Origin: an uncultured delta proteobacterium
GTDB taxonomy: Bacteria > Myxococcota > UBA727 > VGSZ01
Reading direction: 5' to 3'
Length of the DNA: 64,000 nucleotides
Assembly: GCA_963775425.1 (NCBI GenBank)
Contig: CAVZJB010000005.1
Coordinates: 192,001-256,000 of the forward strand
The translations under genes and the position numbers were made by a program. Positions 1-8,985 of this stretch are shown here, piece by piece; the stretch's first letter is position 1, and the number at the start of each line of letters is the position of its first letter. The notes beneath the pieces are model-generated. The model did not search any database. It was not told the DNA's origin and saw nothing but the letters and a program-made list of their open reading frames with translations.

Positions 1-147
1 GCGGTGCATGTGCTTTTCGACGGAGAGCACGACGTGGGCGTCGGTGGGCGCGTGGACGTAACGCTCGATGCGCGACACCTTGTCGGAAGCGAAGCTCTTG
101 AGCGCGTCGGTGGCTTCCATGTGCCGAAACGTGACGGAGACCTGCAT
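1..147 (-). CDS. hpf: Ribosome hibernation promoting factor HPF/RaiA (5' part; runs off the window start)
   Basis: Not in the ORF track. Manual translation from ATG 147 gives MQVSVTFRHMEATDALKSFASDKVSRIERYVHAPTDAHVVLSVEKHMHR, a typical HPF N-terminus. GGAGG SD lies upstream. Confidence 0.9.
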   Translation of the reverse strand, partial: MQVSVTFRHMEATDALKSFASDKVSRIERYVHAPTDAHVVLSVEKHMHR

Positions 148-196
148 GTGGGGGATCCTCCGGGGGTTGTCGGCAGCCTAGCCCGACGCCGGTTGG

Positions 197-1624
197 TCAG
201 AAACTCTGTCCCAAGGTGATGTAGGGGTACGGGGCAAAGCCCTCGACGGACGACGCGGCCACGTCGACCCGGATGATGAAGTTCTGGTTCCAGGAGATGA
301 GGAAGGCCCCCCCGATGCCGATGGGGAGGGTGGGCGAAGGCGCCCCCAGGTCGTCGAACGCGAGGGAGACGAAGCCGGCGTCGAGGAAGGCGTTGGCGAT
401 GAGGCCGAACTGCTGCCCGAGGAAGTCAAAGTAGAGGAAGTGCCAGCGCAGCTCCTGCTGCTCGAGGACCTTCACGCGCCCGAGGTAGCGCTGCCCGCGG
501 ATGCCGCGGCCGAGGTCGGCGCCGCCGTAGCCGGCGTAGGAGGTGCTTCCGCCGATGCTGGCGAGCTCGATGGTGGGCGGGTCACCCACGACCCCGTCGA
601 GGATGAGGCGGCCGGCGACGACGAGGTCGCGGTTGCCGCGCAGCAGCGGCGTGTACCCGCGCAGGGTGACGTTGGCGCCTGCGTAGCTCCACGTGGAGCC
701 GACGAACGGGTGCGAGCCGCGGACCAATCCCTCGACGAACCAGCCGTGCCTCGGCGACGGCTCGTTGTCGCGGTTGTCCCAGATGAGCCCGGCCTGGAAG
801 ATGCTCAGCAAGCCCGCCTCGCCGCCGGGGATGTCCGTGGCGTACAGGCTGCCCGGGTACGGAAAGAGGTCGAGCTTTCCGTCGTGGTTGTCGTCGAAGA
901 TGGTGCCCGGGATGAACTGCGCGCCCCGCCAGCCGGCGAGGGCCTCGAGCTTGGGCTTTTGGCCGGGGTTGAGGCGGAAGCGCAGGTTCGCCGAGGCGTA
1001 CGGCTCGATGTAGGGGAAGACGTAATAGTGGCGCAGGAAGGTGTCGCGCGCGTCCTTCTGCAACCCGAGCGCGTCGGCCTCCTTCTCGGCGACGACGTCG
1101 TCGCAGGTGACGGCGGGGCCGACGCCGCAGTAGTTCTGCGACAGGTTCTCGATGAAGCCCACCTCGCCCGTGAAGCGCAGCGGCAGGCCGAACGGCTCGA
1201 TGGAGTCGAGCGCGAGCGCGTGGTGCTGCACGAGGTTGGTCGACACGAGGATGAGCAGGTGGATCTGGTTTTTGTAGGGCGCGGTCTTGCCGTCGTACTG
1301 GTAGAGGTTGGCGACCACGCCGAGCTGAAGGCCCGCGTCCGGGTTGAAGCCGAGGGCGGGCACGCCGCCGAAGCCCCAGCCCGGGCGCGTAAAGCGCGGG
1401 GCCTCGCCGCCGGCGATGGCGCTGCCCTTGTCCGCGGGGGCCGCGCTGGCGTCGCGTGCGCTGGCGTCGCGTGCGCTGGCGTCGCCGGCGCTGGCGTCGC
1501 CGGCGCTGGCGTCGCGTGCGCTGGCGTCGCCGGCGGGGGCGTCGCCCGCGGGCGCTGCGGGGGCGGGGGTGGCGCAGAGCAGAGCGAAGGCGGCGAGGGT
1601 GGCGTGCACACCGCTCGTTACCAC
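197..1624 (-). CDS. Omp85/BamA-TamA family outer-membrane beta-barrel protein without POTRA domains
   Basis: Signal peptide; WDNRDNEPSPRHGW motif; L6-loop-like GRGIRGQRY; C-terminal YITLGQSF beta-signal. The start codon is uncertain. Confidence 0.75.
   Translation of the reverse strand: MVTSGVHATLAAFALLCATPAPAAPAGDAPAGDASARDASAGDASAGDASARDASARDASAAPADKGSAIAGGEAPRFTRPGWGFGGVPALGFNPDAGLQLGVVANLYQYDGKTAPYKNQIHLLILVSTNLVQHHALALDSIEPFGLPLRFTGEVGFIENLSQNYCGVGPAVTCDDVVAEKEADALGLQKDARDTFLRHYYVFPYIEPYASANLRFRLNPGQKPKLEALAGWRGAQFIPGTIFDDNHDGKLDLFPYPGSLYATDIPGGEAGLLSIFQAGLIWDNRDNEPSPRHGWFVEGLVRGSHPFVGSTWSYAGANVTLRGYTPLLRGNRDLVVAGRLILDGVVGDPPTIELASIGGSTSYAGYGGADLGRGIRGQRYLGRVKVLEQQELRWHFLYFDFLGQQFGLIANAFLDAGFVSLAFDDLGAPSPTLPIGIGGAFLISWNQNFIIRVDVAASSVEGFAPYPYITLGQSF
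1445..1549. repeat. 15-bp coding tandem repeat, 6 copies plus 1 degenerate, encoding (G/R)DASA
   Basis: GCTGGCGTCGC(GT/CG)GC units start at 1445, 1460, 1475, 1490, 1505 and 1520; a variant starts at 1535. Confidence 0.9.
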
Positions 1625-1689
1625 GAGCGCGGCCGGGCAGCGCCCCCCGAGCTCGGGACGCCCGGCCCCGCCAGCGCTAGTCTCGGCGG

Positions 1690-2964
1690 GTGGAGGTCGA
1701 GGACGGCGACGAGCCCCTGGTGCTCACCGAAGCGCTCGAGCGCCTCGGGCGCTACCACCTGATCGAGCGCATCGGCGTGGGCGGCATGGCGGAGGTCTAC
1801 CTCGCCGAGCAGGAGGGCCTCGCGGGCTTCTCCCGCACCGTCGTCGTCAAGCGCATCCTCGAGCACCTCGCGTCGGACCGTCACTACGTCGAGATGTTCC
1901 TGCGTGAGGCCCAGCTCGCGGCGCGGCTGCAGCACACGCACATCGTGCAGCTCCTCGACTTCGCCGAGGACGGCGGCAACTACTTCATCGCCATGGAGCA
2001 CGTCGACGGGCTCACCCTCGATCGCCTCGCCGCCACCGCGTGGCGCATGGGGAGGAGCCTGCCGATGGAGCTCGTCTGCGCTGCGGTGGCGGAGGCGGCG
2101 CTCGGCTTGCACCACGCGCACACGCGACCCGACGGCGCGCTCGTCCACAGAGACGTCACGCCGGAGAACCTCATGATCAACCGGGAGGGCGTCACCAAGG
2201 TGCTCGACTTCGGCATCGCCAAGCCGCTCGACGACAAGTCGCGCTCGATGACGGCGGCGGGCGAGCTGAAGGGCAAGCTGCGCTTCCTCTCGCCCGAGCA
2301 GGTGACGGGCAAGCGCCTCGACGCGCGCACCGACGTCTTCTCTCTCGGCGTTACGCTCTACTGGCTGCTCACGGGCGTCCCGCCCGCAGACGGCGCGTCG
2401 GACCTCGAGGTGATGGAGGCCGTGGTGCATGGGCGGCCGCCGGCGCCGCGCACCATCAACGAGACAATCCCGGCGCAGCTCGAGGCGCTCGTCTTGAAGA
2501 TGCTCGCCAAGGACCCCGACGAGCGCGTGCAGGACGCCGACGCCGTCCACGACGCCCTCGCCTTCTGCGTCGCCGCGCGCAGGAAGGTGGTCATGCCGTT
2601 CGTGGCGGACATGCTCGCCGCCGGCCCCGCCACGCAGAAGGCGCCGCGCGACCTCAAGGACCTCGCCGCGGCCGTGCCGGCCACGGAGCTGATGTCGTCG
2701 TGGGGGCTCGTCGAGCTGAGCGAGGCGTTCCCGCTGCCGCCGCGCACCGAGCCGCCCGTCGACGACGCGGTCACCCTCGACGACCAGCCCCTGCCGGCGC
2801 TCGCCGTCAAGAGCGACGAGAGCGTCTTCACCACGAAGAGGCCGCTGGAACCGACCGTCCAAACCCGCGTGCCCCGCCCGCCGTCCGACACCGTCGTCGA
2901 GCCCGCCTCGGTCTTCGACAGCGAGCTCGAGACCGACCCGCTCTTTCGCAAGCCCAAGCCCTAG
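1690..2964 (+). CDS. Eukaryote-like Ser/Thr protein kinase (cytoplasmic, Pro-rich tail)
   Basis: IGVGGMAEVY, VVVKRIL, HRDVTPEN, DFG, SPEQ and DVFSLG motifs. Confidence 0.93.
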   Translation: MEVEDGDEPLVLTEALERLGRYHLIERIGVGGMAEVYLAEQEGLAGFSRTVVVKRILEHLASDRHYVEMFLREAQLAARLQHTHIVQLLDFAEDGGNYFIAMEHVDGLTLDRLAATAWRMGRSLPMELVCAAVAEAALGLHHAHTRPDGALVHRDVTPENLMINREGVTKVLDFGIAKPLDDKSRSMTAAGELKGKLRFLSPEQVTGKRLDARTDVFSLGVTLYWLLTGVPPADGASDLEVMEAVVHGRPPAPRTINETIPAQLEALVLKMLAKDPDERVQDADAVHDALAFCVAARRKVVMPFVADMLAAGPATQKAPRDLKDLAAAVPATELMSSWGLVELSEAFPLPPRTEPPVDDAVTLDDQPLPALAVKSDESVFTTKRPLEPTVQTRVPRPPSDTVVEPASVFDSELETDPLFRKPKP

Positions 2965-3003
2965 CGCCAAGCGCGCGGATCCGTTGCGATTTGCGGAAAG
3001 TCC

Positions 3004-3032
3004 TTGTCCGAGAATCTTTCGAAGCTTAGGAA
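3004..3032 (+). promoter_or_regulatory. Putative sigma70 promoter for a leaderless MarR-operon transcript
   Basis: TTGTCC (3004-3009), 17-nt spacer, TAGGAA (3027-3032), then 6 nt to ATG 3039. The region is AT-rich for this genome. Confidence 0.45.
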
Positions 3033-3038
3033 TGTCGC

Positions 3039-4040
3039 ATGGACGCGAGCGATTCGCCGGAGTCCGAAGCAAACGACGCCGAGGCGCCACCGAGCCTCAT
3101 CGCGCGGCTTATCGCGTCGTGGATGGGCCTGTCGATGAAGATCAACGGCCCCATGCGCCCGATGCGGGACGCCGTGGAGACGGGGATGACGATCCAGCAG
3201 ATCGCCGCGCTCCACATCCTCATGTTCGAGGGCCCCTGCTCCATCAGCCAGCTCACCGAACTGTTGCGCTTGTCCGTGTCGGCCACCAGCCACCTGGTGC
3301 AGCGCCTCGTGGAGGCCGGATACGTGCGTCGCTTCGAGGACGAGACCGACCGGCGCAGCAAGCTGGTGTCGCTCACGGCGGACGGCAAGAAGCTCGTCGA
3401 GCGCATGATGAAGACGCGCCTCGAGGAGCTCAAGGCGTCGGCGGCGCACCTGTCGTCCGCGCTCCGGGGGGAGCTCAAGCCCGTCCTCGAGCGGGTGGTC
3501 GAGGAGCTGTCGTGGAAGGCGGGCGAGGCGTGGGCGCGGCGCGCGCAGCCCCCGCCCCGCGACTTCCGCGGCAAGGACATGTGCGGCACCGACCTCGCCG
3601 GGCAGGACCTGAGCGGCGCCGTCTTCACCGACGCCCGCCTCGACGGCTCCGACCTCGACGGCGCCACCTGCATCGGCGCCAGCTTCACGCGCTCGCGCCT
3701 CGACGGGAGCTCCCTCGACGGCGCGGCCTTCACCGGCGCCAGCTTCGTCGACGCGCGCCTCGACGGCAGCTCCGCCGACGGCGCGATCTTCGACGGCGCG
3801 GACCTCTCGGGCGCGCGCTTCGACGGGTGCTCCCTCGACGGTGCCAGCTTCGACGGCGCCGTCGCGCGCGGCGCCCGCTTCGACGGCAGCTCGCTCGACG
3901 GCGCCAGCTTCCGCGGCGCCGACCTTCGCGACGCCCGCCTCGACGGGTGCGCGCTGGACGGCGCGTGCTTCGAGGGCGCGCTCAACGTTCCGCGCAACGT
4001 GGCTGCACGCCTCGACGCGCGTGGTTTTTGGCGGGACTGA
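3039..4040 (+). CDS. MarR-family transcription regulator fused to a pentapeptide-repeat domain
   Basis: N-terminal MarR wHTH (SATSHLVQRLVEAGYVRR..DETDRRSKLVSLTADG). C-terminal run of roughly 28 pentapeptides (DGASF/DGARF/DGSSL/RGADL). Confidence 0.88.
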   Translation: MDASDSPESEANDAEAPPSLIARLIASWMGLSMKINGPMRPMRDAVETGMTIQQIAALHILMFEGPCSISQLTELLRLSVSATSHLVQRLVEAGYVRRFEDETDRRSKLVSLTADGKKLVERMMKTRLEELKASAAHLSSALRGELKPVLERVVEELSWKAGEAWARRAQPPPRDFRGKDMCGTDLAGQDLSGAVFTDARLDGSDLDGATCIGASFTRSRLDGSSLDGAAFTGASFVDARLDGSSADGAIFDGADLSGARFDGCSLDGASFDGAVARGARFDGSSLDGASFRGADLRDARLDGCALDGACFEGALNVPRNVAARLDARGFWRD

Positions 4041-4057
4041 CGGTACAGGAGGGTCTC

Positions 4058-4762
4058 ATGGCTGACGCGATCGTGGACGTAACTGGAGTGATCAAGGACT
4101 ACCCGCTGGGCAAGCTCAAGGTGCGTGCGCTGCACGGCATCGACCTGAGCATCGAGCGCGGCGAGTTCACCACCATCGCGGGGCCCTCCGGCAGCGGCAA
4201 GACCACGCTGTTGAACCTCATCGGCTGCGTGGACGTCCCCACCGAAGGGAAGGTCGTCGTCGACGGCCAGTCCACCGGCGAGCTGTCGGACAAGGCGCTC
4301 ACCGAGCTGCGCTTGCACAAGCTCGGCTTCATCTTCCAGAGCTTCAACCTGGTGCCCGTGCTCACCGTGGAGCAGAACGTCGAGTTCCCGCTGCTCCTGC
4401 AGGGCAAGGTGGCGGCGCCCGAGCGCAAGAAGCGCGTGAAGGAGATCCTCGACCGGGTGGGCATCGGTGAGTACCTGCACCACCGGCCCAACGAGCTGTC
4501 CGGCGGGCAGCGCCAGCGCGTGGCCATCGCCCGCGCGCTCGTGTCCAAGCCGCGTCTGGTGCTCGCCGACGAGCCCACCGCCAACCTCGACTCCGTCACG
4601 GGGCACTCCATCATCGAGCTCATGAAGGAGCTCAACCATCAGGAGGGCACCACGTTCATCTTCTCCACGCACGACCAGCGCGTGATCGATCAGGCCGACC
4701 GCATCATCCGCATCGAGGACGGCCGCATCGTCAACGACGGGTCCTCGAAGAAGGCGGCCTGA
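4058..4762 (+). CDS. ABC transporter ATP-binding protein (LolD/MacB-type)
   Basis: Start ATG 4058 after AGGAGG. Walker A GPSGSGKT, signature LSGGQRQR, Walker B LADEPT, H-loop STHD. Confidence 0.95.
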   Translation: MADAIVDVTGVIKDYPLGKLKVRALHGIDLSIERGEFTTIAGPSGSGKTTLLNLIGCVDVPTEGKVVVDGQSTGELSDKALTELRLHKLGFIFQSFNLVPVLTVEQNVEFPLLLQGKVAAPERKKRVKEILDRVGIGEYLHHRPNELSGGQRQRVAIARALVSKPRLVLADEPTANLDSVTGHSIIELMKELNHQEGTTFIFSTHDQRVIDQADRIIRIEDGRIVNDGSSKKAA

Positions 4763-4763
4763 G

Positions 4764-6842
4764 ATGGACGTCGCACGTTTGCTCGTGAAGCTCGGGCTTC
4801 AGAGCGTCATCGCGCACAAGCGCAAGAGCTTGATCGTCGGTGGCCTCATGGCCTTCGGCGCGCTCATCGTCGTCCTCGGCATGTCGCTGCTCGACGCCAT
4901 GGAGCACTCCATGCGCGGCAGCATCGTCGAGAGCGTCACCGGCGACATCCAGGTGTACTCCAAGGACGCCAAGGACAAGCTCGCCATCCTCGGCGGCTTC
5001 GGCATGGGCACGCCCGACATCGGCGAGCTGACCACCTTCAAGAAGACACGCGACGAGCTGATGAAGGTCGACAACGTGAAGGCCGTGGTCCCCATGGGCA
5101 CCACGGTCGCCACGGTGTCCACGCCCGGTGACCTCGACCGCGCCCTCGAGGCCTTGCGCGACGCCGTCCGGCACCACGACGACGGCGACATGCAGGCCGG
5201 CGCCGCGCAGGTCAGGCGGCTGGCGAAGGTCCTGCAGGATCAGCGCGGCCGCCGCGCCGAGATCGCGCACACCTCCGATGACGCCGAAGCCGACGCCGTC
5301 CTCGCCCGCGCGCTCTCCGACGAGCTGTGGGCGAGCTTCAAAGACGAGCCCCTGCCGGTGCTCGACTGGCTCGACACCAAGCTCGCGCCGCTCGGCGAGG
5401 AGGGGCAGCAGATCTACCTGCGGCTCGCGGGCACGGACCTCGACGCGTTCAAGGCGCAGTTCAAGAAGATGGAGATCCTCGACGGCCAGATGGTGCCCGA
5501 GCACCACCGCGGCATGCTCGTCGGACAGAAGTTCCTCGATCGTCGCGTGAAGATGGCCATCGCCATGAACCTCGACACCATCAAGGACGAGCTGGCCAAG
5601 GGGAAGACCATCGCCGCCGACCAGGTGCTGCAGGAGACCGCTCAGAAGAACGTGCGGCTCTCGCCCAAGATCCTCTACGAGCTCCAAGCCGGCGACGTCG
5701 CCACCGTGGAGCAGCAGTTGCGGCAGGCGCTCCCCGAGAGCAAGGCCACCGACCTTCAGGGGCTGCTCGAGGACCTGCTGCGCGTCGACGACGGCAACTT
5801 CGCGGCCCGATACAAGCTGTTCTACGACGTCGTCGCGCCGCACATTCAGCTCTATCCGTTCAAGGTCGGAGACACCATCACGCTCACGGCGTTCACGCAG
5901 AGCGGGTATCTCAAGAGCGTGAACGTCAAGGTGTACGGCACCTACGCGTTCAAGGGCCTGGAGAGCTCGGACCTCGCGGGCGCCCTCTCCCTCATCGACA
6001 TCATGACGTTCCGCGAGCTCTACGGCGCGCGAACGCACGCGCTCGATCAAGAGCTCCTGGCGATGAAGAAGGACGTGGGGGCGGAGGACGTCGCGCGCGA
6101 AGACGCGGAGGCCGAGCTGTTCGGCTCCGCCGACACCGCCGTGGTCACCGAGGTGACGCAGGCGGCGACCGACAAGATCGAGGCCGGCTCGCTGGGCAAC
6201 AAGGCCGAGCGCGCGAAGGAGATCACCAGCGCCACCTTCACGCAGGAGCAGGTGGACAATGGCCTCGCCACGTCGGCGGCCGTGATCCTGAAGGACCCCG
6301 GCAAGATGTGGCCCACCATCGCCGCCATCAACGCGCGGAGCGATCAGACGGGCTTGCAGGCGGTGGACTGGCAGAGCGCCGCCGGCATCATCGGCCAGTT
6401 CATCTGGGTCATCCGCGGCGTGCTCATCGTGTCGTTGTTGATCATCTTCGCGGTGGCCATCGTCATCATCAACAACTCCATGGTGATGGCCACGCTCGAG
6501 CGCGTGGCCGAGATCGGCACCATGCGCGCCATAGGCGCAAAGAAGCGCTTCGTGACGTCGATGATCATCTTCGAGACCGCCGTGCTCGGCATCATCGCCG
6601 GCAGCGCGGGGGCGCTCGTCGGCGCGGCTGTCGTGACGGTCGCGCACATCAAGGGCATCCCCGCCCCCAACGACATCTTCGTCTTCCTCTTCGCCGGTCC
6701 TCGCCTCTTCCCGGCTGTCTCGGCGGGGAACCTCGGCCTGGCCCTCCTCGCCACCATCGTCGTCAGCGTGGCCGCCACGCTCTACCCCGCGCGCCTCGCC
6801 ACCCGGATTCAGCCGGTGGTGGCCATGCAGGGCAAGGAATAG
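4764..6842 (+). CDS. ABC transporter permease, FtsX/LolE-type, with an enlarged periplasmic domain
   Basis: N-terminal TM; C-terminal FtsX motif ERVAEIGTMRAIG followed by TMs and YPARLATRIQPVVAM. Confidence 0.9.
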   Translation: MDVARLLVKLGLQSVIAHKRKSLIVGGLMAFGALIVVLGMSLLDAMEHSMRGSIVESVTGDIQVYSKDAKDKLAILGGFGMGTPDIGELTTFKKTRDELMKVDNVKAVVPMGTTVATVSTPGDLDRALEALRDAVRHHDDGDMQAGAAQVRRLAKVLQDQRGRRAEIAHTSDDAEADAVLARALSDELWASFKDEPLPVLDWLDTKLAPLGEEGQQIYLRLAGTDLDAFKAQFKKMEILDGQMVPEHHRGMLVGQKFLDRRVKMAIAMNLDTIKDELAKGKTIAADQVLQETAQKNVRLSPKILYELQAGDVATVEQQLRQALPESKATDLQGLLEDLLRVDDGNFAARYKLFYDVVAPHIQLYPFKVGDTITLTAFTQSGYLKSVNVKVYGTYAFKGLESSDLAGALSLIDIMTFRELYGARTHALDQELLAMKKDVGAEDVAREDAEAELFGSADTAVVTEVTQAATDKIEAGSLGNKAERAKEITSATFTQEQVDNGLATSAAVILKDPGKMWPTIAAINARSDQTGLQAVDWQSAAGIIGQFIWVIRGVLIVSLLIIFAVAIVIINNSMVMATLERVAEIGTMRAIGAKKRFVTSMIIFETAVLGIIAGSAGALVGAAVVTVAHIKGIPAPNDIFVFLFAGPRLFPAVSAGNLGLALLATIVVSVAATLYPARLATRIQPVVAMQGKE

Positions 6843-6850
6843 GTGACGCC

Positions 6851-8200
6851 ATGATTTCCATCGCCATTGCGTTCCGCAACCTCCTCGCCGCTCGCAGCAG
6901 GACGGTGTTCCTCGGGGCCGCGCTGTTCCTGGTGACCATGTTGATGGTCATCCTCATGGCGCTCACCGCAGGCATCCGCGACAACATGATCCGCGCGACG
7001 ACGTCGGTGTCGTCGGGGCACGTGAACATCGGCGGCTTCTACAAGACAACCCAGTCCGACGCGCCGCCGCTCATCACCCACGTGGCCGAGCTCAAGAAGC
7101 TCGTGCACGAGGTGCTGCCGGACGCCGTGCGCGTCATCGACCGTCAGCGTGGCTGGGGCAAGATCATCGCCGAAGAGGGCTCGGTGCAGGCCGGCATCAA
7201 CGGCATCGACATCGACGAGGAAGGCGCGCTGCTCGACATCCTCACGCTCGCGCCCGAGTCCGACTACCAGGAAGACCCCAAGGAGCCCATGCGCGTGCGC
7301 GGCGACTTCAAGGCGCTCAAGACCCGCAAGGACGGGATCATCCTGTTCGCGGGCCAGGCCAAGCGCCTGAAGGTCGACGTCGGTGACCCGGTCACCCTGC
7401 GCGCCGAGACGGGCCGCGGCCAGGTGAACACCGTCGACGCCACCGTGGTGGCCATCGCGCGCGACCTCGGCCCACTGTCGGGCTGGGCGGCGTTCGTCCC
7501 CAAGGCGACGGTGGCCAACCTCTACCAGCTCAAGCCCGACGTCTCCGGCGCCATCCAGATCTACTTCAAGGACGTGTCGCAGTCGGAGGACGGCATGAAC
7601 CGCTTGCGCGCGGCCATGCTCGCCAAGGGCTACCCGCTGATGGACCATGAGTCGTCGCCGTTCTTCATGAAGTTCCAGACGGTGATGAGCGAGGACTGGA
7701 CCGGTCAGAAGTACGACATCACCACGTGGAAGGACGAGGCGAGCTTCCTCACCTGGATCCTCACGGCCATCTCGTCGGTGTCGTTCCTGCTGCTGTCGCT
7801 GCTCACGGTCATCATCGCCGTGGGCATCATGAACACCATGTACATCGCGGTGCGCGAACGCACGCGGGAGATCGGCACCCTCCGCGCCATCGGCATGGGC
7901 CGCGGCGCCATCCTGCGCCTGTTCCTCACCGAGGCGCTCGCGCTCGGGCTCGCGGCCACGGCGGCGGGCAGCATCGCCGGGAGTCTCATCGCCACCGCCA
8001 TCGACGCGAGCAACGTCCGCGTCGGCGTCGACGCGCTGCGCATGATCCTCTTGTCGGACACCGTTCACTTCGCGCCGCACATCGGCGCCGTCATCACCGC
8101 GGTGGTGGCTTTCACCCTCCTCACCGGCCTGTCGGCTCTGCTGCCGGCGCTGCAGGCGAGCCGCATCGCCCCCGTCACCGCCATGCAGAGCGCGGACTGA
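6851..8200 (+). CDS. ABC transporter permease, FtsX/LolC-type
   Basis: Start MISIAIAFRNL at 6851, inside shadow ORF 5327..8200. Motifs ERTREIGTLRAIGM and PALQASRIAPVTAM. Confidence 0.9.
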   Translation: MISIAIAFRNLLAARSRTVFLGAALFLVTMLMVILMALTAGIRDNMIRATTSVSSGHVNIGGFYKTTQSDAPPLITHVAELKKLVHEVLPDAVRVIDRQRGWGKIIAEEGSVQAGINGIDIDEEGALLDILTLAPESDYQEDPKEPMRVRGDFKALKTRKDGIILFAGQAKRLKVDVGDPVTLRAETGRGQVNTVDATVVAIARDLGPLSGWAAFVPKATVANLYQLKPDVSGAIQIYFKDVSQSEDGMNRLRAAMLAKGYPLMDHESSPFFMKFQTVMSEDWTGQKYDITTWKDEASFLTWILTAISSVSFLLLSLLTVIIAVGIMNTMYIAVRERTREIGTLRAIGMGRGAILRLFLTEALALGLAATAAGSIAGSLIATAIDASNVRVGVDALRMILLSDTVHFAPHIGAVITAVVAFTLLTGLSALLPALQASRIAPVTAMQSAD

Positions 8201-8217
8201 ACCCCAAGGAGCACCCC

Positions 8218-8985
8218 ATGTTTTCCGCCATCGCCCTCACTCTCGCCCTCTCGGGGATGCAACAAGGCGCTACGCCCTCGGACGCAGACCTCGTCAAGAT
8301 GCTCGCCACTATCGACGACCGCACCGAGAACAGCGGCGACTACAAGTCCGTCGCGTACCTCGAGCAGAAGGAGCGCGGCAAAGACATCGTCGCCCGCGAG
8401 GTGGTGGTCTACCGCCGCGACGCCGACGACAAGCTGATGATCCTCTTCACCAAGCCCAAGGCGGAAGCGGGCAAGGGCTACCTGCGCCTCGACAAGAACC
8501 TGTTCATGTACGACCCCACCGTCGGCAAGTGGGAGCGCCGCACCGAGCGCGAGCGCATCGCCGGCACGGACTCGCGCCGCCAGGACTTCGATCACTCGAA
8601 CCTCGCCGGCGAGTACACGCCCAGGTACGTGGGCGAGGAGAAGCTCGGCAAGATCGACGTCACGCACCTGTCGCTGTCGCAGAAGCCCGGCGTCGACGTC
8701 GCGTTCCCCGTGGTGGAGCTGTGGCTCGACAAGAGCAGCGGCAACATCCTCAAGCGCCAGGACAAGGCGCTCTCGGGCAAGCTGATGCGCACCACGTACT
8801 ACCCCAAGTGGAACAAGATCTACTCGGAGTCCAAGAAGTCCGACGTCTACTTCGCCGGGGAGATCCGCATCTACGACGAGGTCGAGAAGGGCAACAGCAC
8901 GCTCATCGTCATCCGCGACACGGACCTCAGGCCGCTTGACGCCAACTTGTTCACCAAGGCCTGGCTCGAGTCGAAGAGCCGGTGA
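8218..8985 (+). CDS. Outer-membrane lipoprotein-sorting (LolA-like) periplasmic protein
   Basis: AAGGAG SD, ATG 8218 and a signal peptide. Family-typical segments ILFTKPKAEAGKGYLR..NLFMYDP, GTDSRRQDF and LFTKAWLE. Confidence 0.8.
   Translation: MFSAIALTLALSGMQQGATPSDADLVKMLATIDDRTENSGDYKSVAYLEQKERGKDIVAREVVVYRRDADDKLMILFTKPKAEAGKGYLRLDKNLFMYDPTVGKWERRTERERIAGTDSRRQDFDHSNLAGEYTPRYVGEEKLGKIDVTHLSLSQKPGVDVAFPVVELWLDKSSGNILKRQDKALSGKLMRTTYYPKWNKIYSESKKSDVYFAGEIRIYDEVEKGNSTLIVIRDTDLRPLDANLFTKAWLESKSR

Noticed and set aside
2984-8985. Long N-terminal extensions of the ABC genes (ORFs from 2984, 5327 and 7726), and similar extensions from 15953, 27465, 34762, 35631, 43819 and 55880
   Set aside because: These are Arg/Ala/Pro-rich stop-free shadow frames typical of high-GC DNA. 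Internal starts with SDs or stop-start overlaps fit better, so no frameshifting needs to be invoked.
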